Positions 23,079-34,400 of a stretch of DNA of 64,000 nucleotides are shown piece by piece. The notes under the pieces are model-generated. The model was given only the letters and a program-made list of their open reading frames with translations. It was not told the origin of the DNA and did not search any database. Each line of letters begins with the position of its first letter. Positions within the stretch are counted from its first letter, which is position 1. Source of the stretch: an uncultured delta proteobacterium (lineage in GTDB: Bacteria; Myxococcota_A; Polyangia; Fen-1088); the NCBI GenBank assembly GCA_963796685.1, contig CAWCMR010000013.1:636605-700604 (forward strand), read 5' to 3'. A program made the position numbers and the translations under genes.

Positions 23079-24431
23079 ATGAATCGCAAGACCCTGATTG
23101 CCGGCCTTGTCTTCGCTGGCCTCATCCTGGCCACCGTGCTCTTGTTGCGCTCGCCCGAGAAAGGAAACCGGCCCGCCGGAGGCTCGCCGCGGCCTATCGC
23201 CAAGCTCGTCGACGGCAGTTTCGACACCCTGGAGATCACCAAGGGCAAGGACACCACCGTCATCAAGAAAGAGGGCGACGCGTACAAAATCGTGAAGCCC
23301 ATAGCCTTCCCTGCCGAAAAGGACGCGGCCAAGCTGGCCTTCGAGTCGCTCGCCAAGATGGAGTTCGGCAACATCGTCTCGGACCAGAAGAGCCGCCAAG
23401 GCGAGTTCGAGCTGGGCGCCGACAGTCTGCGTGTCACGGTCAAGAAGGGCGACACCGTCCTGGCCGACCTGCGCATCGGCAAGACCACGAATCAAATGAC
23501 CATGGTCCGCCTCGAAGGCAAGGATGAGGTGTGGTCGGTCTCCGGCATCTTCAAGTACCAGTTCGACAAAGACACGACCGCCTGGCGCGACAAGACCATC
23601 ACCAGCTTCGACGAGAAAGACGCCGAGAAGCTGCAGGTCACCACCAAGGACGGGGCGAAGATCGTGCTCTCCAAGCCCGCTCCGCGCGACGCCGGACCGG
23701 CTCCGGAATGGCAGGTGGTGGAATCCTCGGTGAAAGTCGAGCCCTTCGACAAGACCGTGGCCAGCGGTGTGGTGTCCCAGCTCGCCAACTGGAAAGCCAA
23801 CGACTTTGCCGACGGCGCCAAGCTCGAGGAGACGGGCCTCGATGCACCCGAGCTCACCATCACGGTGGGTCTCAAGAACGGCAAGCAAGTGACCGCCCTC
23901 GTGGGCAAGAAGAAGGGCGCCGACGAATGGTACGTCAAGTCGGCCGATAATCCTCAGGTCTTCCTGGTCAAGAAGTACAACCTGGACCGCCTGGACAAGC
24001 GGCCCATCGAGTTCCGCGACAAGACCATGTGCAACCTCAAGAGCGACGAGCTGACCGAGGTGGCGGTGAGCCACGACAAGGACTCCTTCACCCTGGTCAA
24101 GCAAGGCGGCTCCTGGAAAGCGACCAAGCCGGCCAACTTCACCGCGGACGACTCCAAGGTTTCGACCATCACCGGTGCTTTCGCCGATTGGAAGGGCCAG
24201 GGCTTCGCCGAGGACAACTCGCCCAAGGCCACCGGGCTGAGCAAGCCGTCGGCGATCATCGCCACGAAATCGAATGTCAAAGGGCACGCCTGCGTGCTCA
24301 AGGTCGGCAGCGAGACCAGTGAAAAGGGCGCCTTCTACGTCCAGGCCAACGGCCAGCCGGACATCTTCACGGTGCCCAAGTGGTCGCTGGACCGCATCCT
24401 GGTGAAGCTCGACGATCTGAAGAAGAAATAG
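23079..24431 (+). CDS. DUF4340 domain protein
   Basis: N-terminal anchor, repeated TGL..P motifs, and the usual fourth position in GldA/F/G-like operons. Confidence 0.75.
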   Translation: MNRKTLIAGLVFAGLILATVLLLRSPEKGNRPAGGSPRPIAKLVDGSFDTLEITKGKDTTVIKKEGDAYKIVKPIAFPAEKDAAKLAFESLAKMEFGNIVSDQKSRQGEFELGADSLRVTVKKGDTVLADLRIGKTTNQMTMVRLEGKDEVWSVSGIFKYQFDKDTTAWRDKTITSFDEKDAEKLQVTTKDGAKIVLSKPAPRDAGPAPEWQVVESSVKVEPFDKTVASGVVSQLANWKANDFADGAKLEETGLDAPELTITVGLKNGKQVTALVGKKKGADEWYVKSADNPQVFLVKKYNLDRLDKRPIEFRDKTMCNLKSDELTEVAVSHDKDSFTLVKQGGSWKATKPANFTADDSKVSTITGAFADWKGQGFAEDNSPKATGLSKPSAIIATKSNVKGHACVLKVGSETSEKGAFYVQANGQPDIFTVPKWSLDRILVKLDDLKKK

Positions 24432-24434
24432 GTT

Positions 24435-27068
24435 CTACTGCAGGAGTACGGCTTCGCTCGCAACCATGATGTCGCGCTCGGGCGTGTGCAGACCGGCGTC
24501 GCGACGGATGGAGAAGGCGCGATCGCGAAGCTTTTCGGCGGCCTCCTGGCGACCGATCTTCTCCTCGAAGTCGGCGTAGGCGAGGAAGGTTCGTCCGAGC
24601 TCCAGCTCCGCGCCTGACGAGCCCAGCAATTCGATGGCGCGGTCGAAGACCTCGCGTGGACCCCCGCGATCGCAATCGCCAGGCGCCCCGGCGGACAACG
24701 CCGCCCCAAGCACGCGTAGCGCGGTCCCGACCAGGGGAGCGGCGCCCATCTTCTCTGCCTCGCCCACGGCCGAGGTTGCGTGATCCCGCGCGGCCAGGTT
24801 GTCTCCCAGCGCCAGGTGAATCTCGGCCAGGCCGCGGTCGGATTCGGCAACCAGACGGCGCGCGCCGAATTTTTGCGCGATCTCCTTGGCCGCCCGCATC
24901 TCCTTCTCGGCCGCCGCCAGCTCGCCCTGGGCCAGCAAGCAGTCTCCGATCTGCAGGGCAAGATGGCACTCGGTCAAGCGGTCGCCCATGGTGCTTGAAA
25001 TTCCCCTCGCCTGCGCCAGCAGCTTTTGCGCCAACTTGGGGTGGCCGGCCTCGCGGGTCAAGGCGCCGAGGTCGAGCAAGGTGAAGACGATCCCGTGCGG
25101 ATCGCGCGTGGCCTGGCTGATAGCCAAGGCGCTCTCGAAGCTCTGCTGCGCCAGTCCCAGATGCCCAAGCTGCGCCTCGACCAACCCGATCCACGCCAGG
25201 GTCAGGGCCTTGCCCCGCTCGTCCTTGAGCGCGACCCGAATGGCCAGCGCGGCCTTGTGGCAGCGCAAAGCCTCGTCGGGTTTACCGACCAGGTGGTAGA
25301 CCCTGCCGATATCGTCGAGGCTGGCCGCCACGCCGGGCCGATCGCCCCCCAAGTCGAAGAGCAGGTGCGCCATGTCGAGGTGCTGAACCGCCATGCGGTA
25401 GTCGCCGAGCGCCCGGTAGACGCGGCCGATGCGGGCATGGGCCGCTCCGCCCTTGCCGGGCATGTCCAGGCGCCACGCGGCCGTCAACATGTCGCCGAAA
25501 TGGGCGAGCGCCTCGTGGCTGTGCCCGAGGCGCGCCGTGATATCGCCGAGCTTGTGCAGGGCTTCGATCGCTAGCAACGCGTCGTCACTGTCGAGCAAGG
25601 CAAGACCGCGGGCATAGAGCGATCGTGCACGCTCGTAGTCGCGGCTCCGGCAAGCCTCGTCTGCTGCAGCGAGAAAGCAGAGGCTGGCCCTGCGCGCTGC
25701 CCCACCCTCCTGGTAGAGGACAGCGATGTTCTCGAGCTGGTCGCAAGACATGGATCTGCCAGCCCGAGCTTCGATCCACTGCGCTGCAAAGCGCTTGCGC
25801 CGCCGCGTGACCTCGGGATCGACGGTGGCCTCGACCAGCATGCGTTCGTCCGCGTTCACAAAGCACCAAGCCGTCTCGTCGCCCATGTAGCTGGATTCCG
25901 CCTTTTTGAGATAGCCGCGCTCGGCGAGCGCGCCCACCATGCGCTTGATCTCCTCGATGGACGGATCCGGCGCGAAGACCAGGGTCGGATCCCACGGCTC
26001 GGCCCCGAGCCTCCCGAGGGCGATCAGCCCGCCGGTCCAGAAGATGGTCCCCATGGCCGCCGCCCGCGCAAGCAGCTCGCGCTCGCTGGAGCTGAGCTTG
26101 GAGACGCGCGCGCAGGCCTCGACCTCGGTAGAGAGCAGCGGGCTCTCTCGTTCGGCCCGATCCCCATCGAAGAGCCATGCGTCCTGGGTATTGCAGGCCA
26201 GGATGCCGTGCTCGTGATAAGCGCAGAGCAATTCGCTCAGGAGGGACGGGTTGCCGCCCGACTCGACAGCGGCGCGCTCGGCCAAACCAGGCGCGAGCTC
26301 TTCGGCCCCGAGCGCGCTCTTGATGAACACGTCCATCTCCAGCGGAGCAAGACCACCGAGATCCATGCGTGCATGGCTGCCCTCCACCCGACTCCAGTTC
26401 GGGCGACGAACCAGCAATTCCGGCCGCGCCGCCACGACGACGACCAGGGTGGTTTCTCCGAGATCGGCCCGCAAGCGCGTCAGCAGCTCCAGCGATGCAT
26501 CGTCCGCGAGGTGTCCGTCGTCGATGGCGTAGAGCATGGGATGCTGGCGAGCATCCTCTTCGAGGAATCGACACAGCACCGCGCGCGACAGGTCCGCCTG
26601 TTGCTCCGGCCGCATGGCCAGGGACTGCACGAGCGGGCTGCCCACGGGGGACAGGCCAAGGAATGCCCCAAGCAACCCCGCGATTTCGGACACCCGTCGA
26701 TCCCCGAACACGGCCTGCAGCTCCTCGCGAAATAGGGACTGGATGGACTCCTTGTCCATGTCATCGGTGATACCGATGCGGGCGCGCAAGAGGTGGCCGA
26801 TGACCCCGCCGGGAGCCGAGCACGCGTTGCCCCCCATGGCGGACACGAAGACGCAGCGAAAGTCCTTGCGTTCGCAAACGTCCTTGAGCCACTCGGCAAG
26901 CAAGCGGGACTTGCCGATCCCCGAGCTGCCGATGATAGTCACGAACTGAGGAGCTTCGAACCGCAGCGTGCGGTCGAGCGCGGCATTCAAATCACGCCGT
27001 TCCGATTCTCGCCCGATCAGCCTGTCGACCCGAAAGCTCCGTTTCTCACCCAATCGCTCCAGCGTCAT
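24435..27068 (-). CDS. STAND-type AAA ATPase with C-terminal TPR array
   Basis: LIGRESE, GSSGIGKSRL, AIDDGHLAD and SGGNP motifs, followed by TPR repeats. Confidence 0.8.
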   Translation of the reverse strand: MTLERLGEKRSFRVDRLIGRESERRDLNAALDRTLRFEAPQFVTIIGSSGIGKSRLLAEWLKDVCERKDFRCVFVSAMGGNACSAPGGVIGHLLRARIGITDDMDKESIQSLFREELQAVFGDRRVSEIAGLLGAFLGLSPVGSPLVQSLAMRPEQQADLSRAVLCRFLEEDARQHPMLYAIDDGHLADDASLELLTRLRADLGETTLVVVVAARPELLVRRPNWSRVEGSHARMDLGGLAPLEMDVFIKSALGAEELAPGLAERAAVESGGNPSLLSELLCAYHEHGILACNTQDAWLFDGDRAERESPLLSTEVEACARVSKLSSSERELLARAAAMGTIFWTGGLIALGRLGAEPWDPTLVFAPDPSIEEIKRMVGALAERGYLKKAESSYMGDETAWCFVNADERMLVEATVDPEVTRRRKRFAAQWIEARAGRSMSCDQLENIAVLYQEGGAARRASLCFLAAADEACRSRDYERARSLYARGLALLDSDDALLAIEALHKLGDITARLGHSHEALAHFGDMLTAAWRLDMPGKGGAAHARIGRVYRALGDYRMAVQHLDMAHLLFDLGGDRPGVAASLDDIGRVYHLVGKPDEALRCHKAALAIRVALKDERGKALTLAWIGLVEAQLGHLGLAQQSFESALAISQATRDPHGIVFTLLDLGALTREAGHPKLAQKLLAQARGISSTMGDRLTECHLALQIGDCLLAQGELAAAEKEMRAAKEIAQKFGARRLVAESDRGLAEIHLALGDNLAARDHATSAVGEAEKMGAAPLVGTALRVLGAALSAGAPGDCDRGGPREVFDRAIELLGSSGAELELGRTFLAYADFEEKIGRQEAAEKLRDRAFSIRRDAGLHTPERDIMVASEAVLLQ

Positions 27069-27173
27069 ACCTCCTTGATAAGGTGGTTTTCGCCGGAGAG
27101 CCAAAAACTCGATCAGTATCTGACTCAATGCGCCTCAGCGCCGCAGGGTGCGCCGCAATGCGTTGCTAACGGA

Positions 27174-27362
27174 CTACATGCCGATGATGACGACCCCACG
27201 CTCGGGGGCGCGGTCACCGTGCCGGTCGTCCTGAGTATCGCCGAGGTCGCCGTCTTCCTGCCAATCGCGCTCGGGCAAAGGAAGCTCGAGCTGCGGACGC
27301 TCGCCCCGCCGCCGCTCTTCTTCGCGACGCCGGATTTCATCGATGATCCATGGCTCCAACAT
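27174..27362 (-). CDS. Small hypothetical protein (62 aa)
   Basis: MLEPWIIDEIRRREE...RPQLELPLP...ERGVVII; coding-like, and resembles small proteins of myxobacteria. Confidence 0.6.
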   Translation of the reverse strand: MLEPWIIDEIRRREEERRRGERPQLELPLPERDWQEDGDLGDTQDDRHGDRAPERGVVIIGM

Positions 27363-27678
27363 GGGAAGACCTCGGCCTACACTTATGGCTTGCAACATCG
27401 CGGCCCCGCAGTCAAGACGCGCTCGCAAGTTAGGATCGAACTTTGCTTCTTTCCATGTTTGGGCGCACTTCCCGGCCGCTTTGCTCATCGATTGTTCGCC
27501 GGCAGGCCCGAAGAATTCGCGACAGAAGTGTCGTGGTGTCACCACAAAGCCCCGCAAAGTTTTCCGAGGGGTCCTCGTCGCAGATGATTGTCTCTTGGCC
27601 ACCATGACCGTCTGACCTTTGGATGCCCGAGCCCCGCATGCGTTGCCAAGAGCCTCCACTCGATCAATCGGCCCTTTT

Positions 27679-29109
27679 CTATTCCGGGTTTAGGGTGGAT
27701 GGCGAATTTGTGGCACTGTTTTTCTGAATAGGCATTGGCGTGCTGTCGATGCGGAGCGAATAGGGTTCGTTGGGATTGCCGTCCCCCTTGTCTTGGGAAA
27801 GACGCACGAGCAGCGGCTCGCCCAGGCTCGCAATGTTGGCCAGCACCACGGTCTGCCGGGATTTCTTGGCCGCGGCCTCTGCGAGCACCTGGCCATCGCT
27901 TGCCCGCAAGATCTCCACCTTGCCACGCACCCGTGCCGGATAAGAGACCGTGATGCTGACCTCGCGCTGGCCATTGCCCGTGTAGCGGAAATAGTCGACG
28001 TCGCCCACCGGCAGGAAGCCGGTGATGGTGCCATCGTGAACGGCGGTCGCCCGGGTCGGACTGTCGTTGGGCTCGATCTCCTGGTCTTGCTTGAGCATGC
28101 CCATGGTGAGGTGCAGGATGTAGCGCTGGGCGAGATTGTGGCCAGACTCGGCCTGAACGACCACGTAGAGAAACCGGGCCGCCGCCCCCGCATCGGCTGC
28201 GGCGGCCGGTACCGTGACATTGTGCAGCGCCAAGCGTTCGCCCCGTCGTCCCTTAGCGGATGCGATTCTCGCACCGCCACCGTCCAGAACCTGGAGGCCG
28301 GCAGTCACCCCCCCCACGGCGTCGAGCTCGATGTCCAAGGCCGACGCGACCTCAGGTGCAGGAATTCGATAGAAATCCTGATCGTGCCGCCAGCCAAAGA
28401 ACCCCGCATAATCCGCCGCCCCTGTCATGTCCACGGGCTGCGCCGAGTCCAGGGCGTCGTCGGGTTCGCGCTCCTCCGCGACCTCGAAGTTTCCAAGCTG
28501 AATGGTCAGCTTGTAACTGCTGCCGGTCGGCGTGGAATCCGCCCCTTTGCCGGTCTTGGCAAGGGCCTTCACACGAAAGTAGTAGGTGCGACCCGGCAGC
28601 GCGGCCATGTTGGGCATGCCGGCCACCTCCCCTGAATCGGCGGAGATCGTTTCCAAGGACTTGAGGTCGTCGTCGAGAAGTTGCAGCACGACGCCCGGGC
28701 CAGCGCTCGCCGCGATTTCACATGAAAGCTTGCGCGCCACGAGGCGTGCGTCGTCCGACTGGGCAGAGTCCGGCGCCGTGGGCGCCAGCGGGTCGGTGCG
28801 GTGCTGTGGCACCAGCAGCTTGAAGATGTCGACGTCCTTGCCCTTGCCTTGGCCCGGCGCCGAAAGTGTCCCCTCGACGGTAAGCACGGGCCAATCCGGA
28901 TTGAGGGCCAGCAATTGCGCCTGCTCGGGGCTATCGTTGGGCTCCTGCTCCAGCACCCGCGGCGGCCCGGCGGCATCGTTGCGCGGGACGACGACCACGA
29001 CCGCGGCAGCGTCCCCGCGCGAAGCAAAATGCCGGTGTCGGCACGAACCCGTGCAGAGCACCATGGCCGATAGCAGCAACGGCTGACCCCACCCCGTGCC
29101 AAACCGCAT
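27679..29109 (-). CDS. Exported protein/lipoprotein with three ExEPND pre-peptidase C-terminal-like domains
   Basis: EQEPNDS, EREPDD and EIEPNDS, each followed by D.D.F/Y. Start codon uncertain. Confidence 0.7.
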   Translation of the reverse strand: MRFGTGWGQPLLLSAMVLCTGSCRHRHFASRGDAAAVVVVVPRNDAAGPPRVLEQEPNDSPEQAQLLALNPDWPVLTVEGTLSAPGQGKGKDVDIFKLLVPQHRTDPLAPTAPDSAQSDDARLVARKLSCEIAASAGPGVVLQLLDDDLKSLETISADSGEVAGMPNMAALPGRTYYFRVKALAKTGKGADSTPTGSSYKLTIQLGNFEVAEEREPDDALDSAQPVDMTGAADYAGFFGWRHDQDFYRIPAPEVASALDIELDAVGGVTAGLQVLDGGGARIASAKGRRGERLALHNVTVPAAAADAGAAARFLYVVVQAESGHNLAQRYILHLTMGMLKQDQEIEPNDSPTRATAVHDGTITGFLPVGDVDYFRYTGNGQREVSITVSYPARVRGKVEILRASDGQVLAEAAAKKSRQTVVLANIASLGEPLLVRLSQDKGDGNPNEPYSLRIDSTPMPIQKNSATNSPSTLNPE

Positions 29110-29161
29110 CTGTCGTCCCATCGGATCCGGAACACTCTTCATGGCGCCTGGCGCTCCCTCC

Positions 29162-29608
29162 CTAGTCAACGGAGATGTCTTTGATGACAGCCACGAACTC
29201 GGCCTCGGCCACGACGGCATCTCCTACCCTCGCCTCGCCTCGCATCTTCCACACCGAGCCGCCCTTGCGAAGTGGAATCACCTCCAAGAGCAGGGTGTCG
29301 CCGGGAAACACGGGCTTGCGGAATTTGACCTTGTCGATGGCCATGAAATAGAGGGCCTGCCGGGCGGGATCGAACCCCACCTGCGGCGCCGCCAGGAGCG
29401 CCCCTGCCTGCGCCATCGCCTCGACAATGAGCACGCCCGGCATCACCGGATGGCCGGGGAAGTGCCCCTGGAAGAAGGGCTCGTTGACGCTGACCATCTT
29501 GCGCGCGACGATTCGGTCCGGGCCGACCTCGTCCACGCGATCTACGAGAAGGAATGGATAGCGATGGGGGAGCGCAGCCTGGATGGCGATGATGTCCATG
29601 GTGGCCAT
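29162..29608 (-). CDS. fabZ: 3-hydroxyacyl-ACP dehydratase
   Basis: [12 protein letters not shown] and [23 protein letters not shown] motifs. Confidence 0.96.
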   Translation of the reverse strand: MATMDIIAIQAALPHRYPFLLVDRVDEVGPDRIVARKMVSVNEPFFQGHFPGHPVMPGVLIVEAMAQAGALLAAPQVGFDPARQALYFMAIDKVKFRKPVFPGDTLLLEVIPLRKGGSVWKMRGEARVGDAVVAEAEFVAVIKDISVD

Positions 29609-29626
29609 GGCGATCCCCGGCCCACG

Positions 29627-30190
29627 CTATTTCTTCTTGGAATCGGCCGTCTTCTTGGCCGGCGCGCTGCCGGTCCCCTTCTCTTCCCCGGCGTTGAACC
29701 GGCGGATGACCTCGTTGGTCAGGTCGAGGTGCGGTTTGGCGTAGACCACACCGGCGCTCTTGTCGAGCACCATGGTGAAGTTTTCGGCCGTCGCGATCTT
29801 GCCAATGATCCGCTGCAGGCGCTCGACGATGGGCTGGGTGGCCTCCTCTTCCTTCGCCGCCAGATCCTGCTGGTGCCGCATGTACGTCTGCTGAACCTTG
29901 CCGACCCGCTCCTGCAGCTCCGCCTCTTTCTGGCGAACCGTTTCGGCAGGTAGCAAGGTGCGTTTCTTGTTCAGATCCTCGATGGCCTTCTTGACCTCTT
30001 CTTGCTGTTCGTCGAGCTCCTTCTGCTTCTTGTCGAAATCCTTCTTGAGGCTCGCGCGGGCCTTGCGGCCATCCTCGGTTTCATAGAGCGCTCGCCGCAA
30101 GTCCACGTAGCCGAGCTTGACTTCCTCGGCGTGCAAGGGCCGAACGAACAGGGAAAGAAGAACAGTGCCGATCAGTGCGGTGCGAATCAT
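29627..30190 (-). CDS. skp: OmpH/Skp periplasmic chaperone
   Basis: Signal peptide, KLGYVD, coiled coil and DLTNEVI motifs. Confidence 0.88.
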   Translation of the reverse strand: MIRTALIGTVLLSLFVRPLHAEEVKLGYVDLRRALYETEDGRKARASLKKDFDKKQKELDEQQEEVKKAIEDLNKKRTLLPAETVRQKEAELQERVGKVQQTYMRHQQDLAAKEEEATQPIVERLQRIIGKIATAENFTMVLDKSAGVVYAKPHLDLTNEVIRRFNAGEEKGTGSAPAKKTADSKKK

Positions 30191-30352
30191 GAAGGTCATC
30201 TCCGATTGAAACCAAAAGACCGCACATCGATACCACAAAAGTCCCGGCAAATCTCGCGCGGAGAACGACCATCCCCCCGCGATAGCCCCGGAAGGCGTGA
30301 TCGTAGCCGTGGCCGGCCGTGATTACCGCCCGGATCTACGCTACGAGAGCCC

Positions 30353-31117
30353 CTAGTCGCAGCCGATGAGCTCCACGTCATCGACCCAGATATCGAAGTC
30401 GGCCCCGGGCTGGCGCGCCTGCCATTGCAAGCCGTAGAGCTTGTTCGGCTTGATGGCGTGCGGCCGGGGCGAGCCCCAATCAGGCAGTTGCTTCAGCTTT
30501 CGCCACGGAAACACGAAATGTTGCCACCCTTCGGCAAGCTCGATGTCCGCGCCGAAATCGTTGAAGCACTCCCTGCAGATCCCTCCGGCCGGGTCGGTGC
30601 CGACGTCGGGGACGTTGAACCTGACTTTGCCTTCGCTGTCTGGTCCCCTTTTGGCCCAGAACGCGATCCCCTTGTACCGAGAGGCGTCGTAGAGATCCTT
30701 GGGATCGGTGAAGTTCATGCCCAAGGCACCAAACACGGTCTGTCCCTCGGCGACACGGCCGCGCGCGTGCGCCGCGTATTTCGACCCATTCGCGCCCCCA
30801 GGGCTCATGGCGAAATTGCCACCCACCGCTCCCGCTTCGGGCACGATGGTCGTGCCGCGCCCCTCGGTGAACGTGTACCAGTACCCGCCGCGACCCGCCA
30901 CGACCTTGGTTTGGCTGTTGCCGTCCTCGCAGTCGTCGACGAGGCCCTGGGCGCCACATGAGGCAAGGTTGTCCCCCTGGTTCCCGATGGCCTGAGTCTG
31001 GCCCAGAGGGATGCAGGCAGGTAGCAGGCCGAAAAGCAGAAACCGGATCGCGACGAGGGGCGGCGTACCCCACCCCCAGCGGACGGATCTCGCGATGTGT
31101 TTCGACCCCATGGCCAT
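30353..31117 (-). CDS. Carbohydrate-binding (CBM11/CIA30-like) lipoprotein
   Basis: Lipobox LLPAC; DDCEDG...GYWYTF, DASRYKGIAFWAK and FDIWVDDV motifs. Confidence 0.65.
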   Translation of the reverse strand: MAMGSKHIARSVRWGWGTPPLVAIRFLLFGLLPACIPLGQTQAIGNQGDNLASCGAQGLVDDCEDGNSQTKVVAGRGGYWYTFTEGRGTTIVPEAGAVGGNFAMSPGGANGSKYAAHARGRVAEGQTVFGALGMNFTDPKDLYDASRYKGIAFWAKRGPDSEGKVRFNVPDVGTDPAGGICRECFNDFGADIELAEGWQHFVFPWRKLKQLPDWGSPRPHAIKPNKLYGLQWQARQPGADFDIWVDDVELIGCD

Positions 31118-31192
31118 TCAACACGTAGCACCGTGCGGGTGTGAATGTCCACCTCGTGCGCTCGGCCTAATCCCACGATAGCCGCAAAAGGT

Positions 31193-31272
31193 CGTGGCCG
31201 TGGCCGTGGCCGTGGCCGGAGTGATCTTCGTCGGCCACGGCCACGGCCACGGGGACGACTACGACTACGACC
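31193..31272. repeat. Hexamer-repeat hairpin (CGTGGC)4 / (GGCCAC)3 plus (GACTAC)n
   Basis: Perfect 21-bp stem 31198-31218 / 31232-31252 upstream of purL. Confidence 0.75.
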
Positions 31273-31433
31273 ACCACTCGCCGTTCCGATTGGGTGCGAG
31301 CATCCATCGTGGAAAGGTGTCTCTTTCTGCCGCCTTCCGCGAGAGCACTGCGCTTGTCGCGGGATTAGGGGCTCAGCGCGCTTCCCGGTTGCATTCCAGG
31401 GCTGGAAGCGCAACTCTTCACGGCAACTTCAAG

Positions 31434-34400
31434 ATGACCATGCTCGTACTTCGTGGCGCGCCTGCATTCACCCCTGCGCGGCTGGCCAAGCGGCTGCGGA
31501 GGATTCAAGGACAGAATCCGGCCATTCGCGACACGGTCGCCGAGTTCGTCCATTTCGCCGAGATCAGCGAGCCGCTCTCGAGCGAGGAGAGGCACGTCCT
31601 CGATCGGCTGCTCCGCTACGGCCCGCGCGTCGAGGCAAACAAGCTGGACGGTCTGCGACTGCTGGTGGTGCCGCGCCTCGGGACCATTTCCCCTTGGTCC
31701 TCCAAGGCCACGGACGTCGCCCACAACTGCGGCCTGCACAAGGTCAAGCGCATCGAGCGCGGCATCTGGTACACCCTGGCCGGCGAGATCACGGACGACA
31801 TCGCTCTGCGCGCCGCCATCCACGATCGCATGACCGAATCGGTCTTGCAGCGCGAGGAAGAGGCTACGCAAATCTTCCGCCACGCCGAGCCACAACCGCT
31901 CGCGACCGTGGATGTGCTCGGCAAGGGCCGGGCCGCCATCGAAGCGGCCAATGCCTCCATGGGGTTGGCTTTGGCGGCGGACGAGATCGACTATCTGGTC
32001 GAGAGCTTTCGCGCCCTCGGCAGAAACCCGACGGACGTCGAGCTGATGATGTTCGCCCAGGCCAACAGCGAGCACTGCCGACACAAGATCTTCAATGCCG
32101 ATTTCATCATCGACGGCGAGAGACAGGAGAAGTCGCTGTTCAAGATGATCCGGCGCAGCACGGAAGCCAGTCCGGCAGGCGTCCTATCCGCCTACAGCGA
32201 CAACGCCGCGGTGATGGAAGGGCCGGAGGCCGGGCTGTTCTTTCCGGATCCCAAGACCGGCGTCTACGATTTCCATCGCGAGCCCGTGGGCATCCTGATG
32301 AAGGTCGAGACCCACAACCACCCCACCGCCATCTCGCCCTACCCCGGCGCCGCGACCGGCTCGGGCGGCGAGATCCGCGACGAGGGCGCGACCGGCCGCG
32401 GCTCCAAGCCCAAGGCCGGGCTGGCCGGATTCTCGGTTTCCAACCTGCGCCTGCCCGACGCCGTTCGCCCGTGGGAGAAGGATTTCGGCAAGCCGACGCG
32501 CATCGCCTCGGCGCTCGACATCATGCTGGAAGGCCCCATCGGCGGCGCCGCCTTCAACAACGAATTCGGCCGGCCCAACATCGCGGGCTACTTCCGGACC
32601 TTCGAGATGGAAGTTCCCGGGCCGCATGGGCGCGAGATGCGCGGCTACCACAAGCCCATCATGATCGCGGGCGGCTTCGGCAACATCCGCAGGTCCCTGG
32701 TCAACAAGGGCGAAGTCCCGGCAGGCGCGGCCATCATCGTGCTCGGCGGCCCGGCCATGCTCATCGGGCTCGGCGGTGGCGCGGCCTCGTCCATGGCCTC
32801 GGGCGCGTCCGAAGAAGAGCTCGATTTCGCGTCCGTTCAACGCGACAACGCCGAAATGCAGCGGCGCTGCCAGGAAGTCATCGACCGCTGCTGCGCCCTC
32901 GGCGAGCAGAGCCCCATCGTGTCCATCCACGACGTCGGCGCGGGCGGGCTGTCCAACGCCTTGCCCGAGCTCGTGAACGACAGCAAGCGCGGAGCCCGCT
33001 TCGAGCTGCGCAAGATCCCGAGCGACGAGCCCGGCATGTCGCCGCTGGAGATCTGGTGCAACGAAGCGCAAGAGCGCTACGTCCTGGCCGTGGCCGAAGA
33101 CAAGCTCGCGGCCTTCGAGGCGCTGTGCCGGCGCGAGCGCTGCCCCTTTGCTGTGCTCGGGAATGCCACCGCCGAAGGGAGGCTGCAGGTCACCGATACA
33201 CACTTCGGCAATCAACCCATCGACATGCCGCTGTCGGTGCTGCTCGGCAAGCCGCCCAAGATGGTTCGCGACGTCAAGCGCGCGAAGGTCGCGCAGCAGG
33301 CGTTTGCCACCGCCGGCATCGACCTGCGCGAGGCCATCACGCGCGTCCTGCGCCTGCCCGCGGTGGCGGACAAGACCTTCCTCATCACCATCGGCGACCG
33401 CACGGTCACCGGGCTCATCGCGCGCGACCAGATGGTCGGGCCGTGGCAGGTGCCGGTCGCCGACGCCGCCGTGACTGCGACCAGCTACGACACCTTCACC
33501 GGCGAGGCCATGGCCATGGGCGAACGCACGCCGGTCGCGTTGCTCGATGCCGCGGCCTCGGTGCGCCTGGCCGTCGGCGAGGCCATCACCAATATCGCCA
33601 GCGCGCCCATCGGCGACCTCGGCAAGATCAAGCTCTCGGCCAACTGGATGGCGCCGGCCGGACATCCCGGCGAGGACGCGCGCTTGGTCGATGCCGTCCG
33701 CACCGTGGGTGAAGAGCTGGCCCCGGCCCTCGGCATCGCCATTCCCGTGGGCAAGGACTCCATGTCCATGAGCACGGTGTGGCACGAAGGCGGCAAGGAG
33801 AAGCGCGTGACCGCCCCGCTCTCCCTCATCGTCAGCGCGTTCGCGCCCGCCACCGACATTCGCCGCGCGCTCACGCCGCAACTACGCACCGATGCCGGCG
33901 AGACCGAGCTGCTGCTGATCGATCTGGGCGCAAGCAAGAATCGCCTGGGTGGTTCGGCCCTGGCCCAGGTCTTTGGCCAGCTCGGCGAGGTGCCGCCGGA
34001 TCTCGACGACCCTTCGCTGCTCAAGGGCTTCTTTGCGGCGATTCAGGAGTTGGCCGCTGCCCAGAAGATCCTCGCCTACCACGATCGCTCGGATGGCGGT
34101 CTCTTCGTCGCCGTGCTGGAAATGGCGTTTGCCGGTGGTACAGGCGTATGCATCGACCTGCCATCCGGCAGTGACGATGTTCTGGCGTCGCTCTTTTGCG
34201 AAGAGCTGGGCGCGGTGGTGCAAGTCCGCACATCCGACGCCCAGGAAGCTCGTGCCTGTCTCGCCCGGCATGGCCTGGGCGAGCTTGTTCGCGCTTGCGG
34301 CCGGCCGGCCGGCGCAAACGAGATCGCGATCCGCAGAGATGGCCGCGTCCTTTACGCCGAGAGGCGATCGGTTCTGCGCGGCATCTGGTCCGAGACCACC

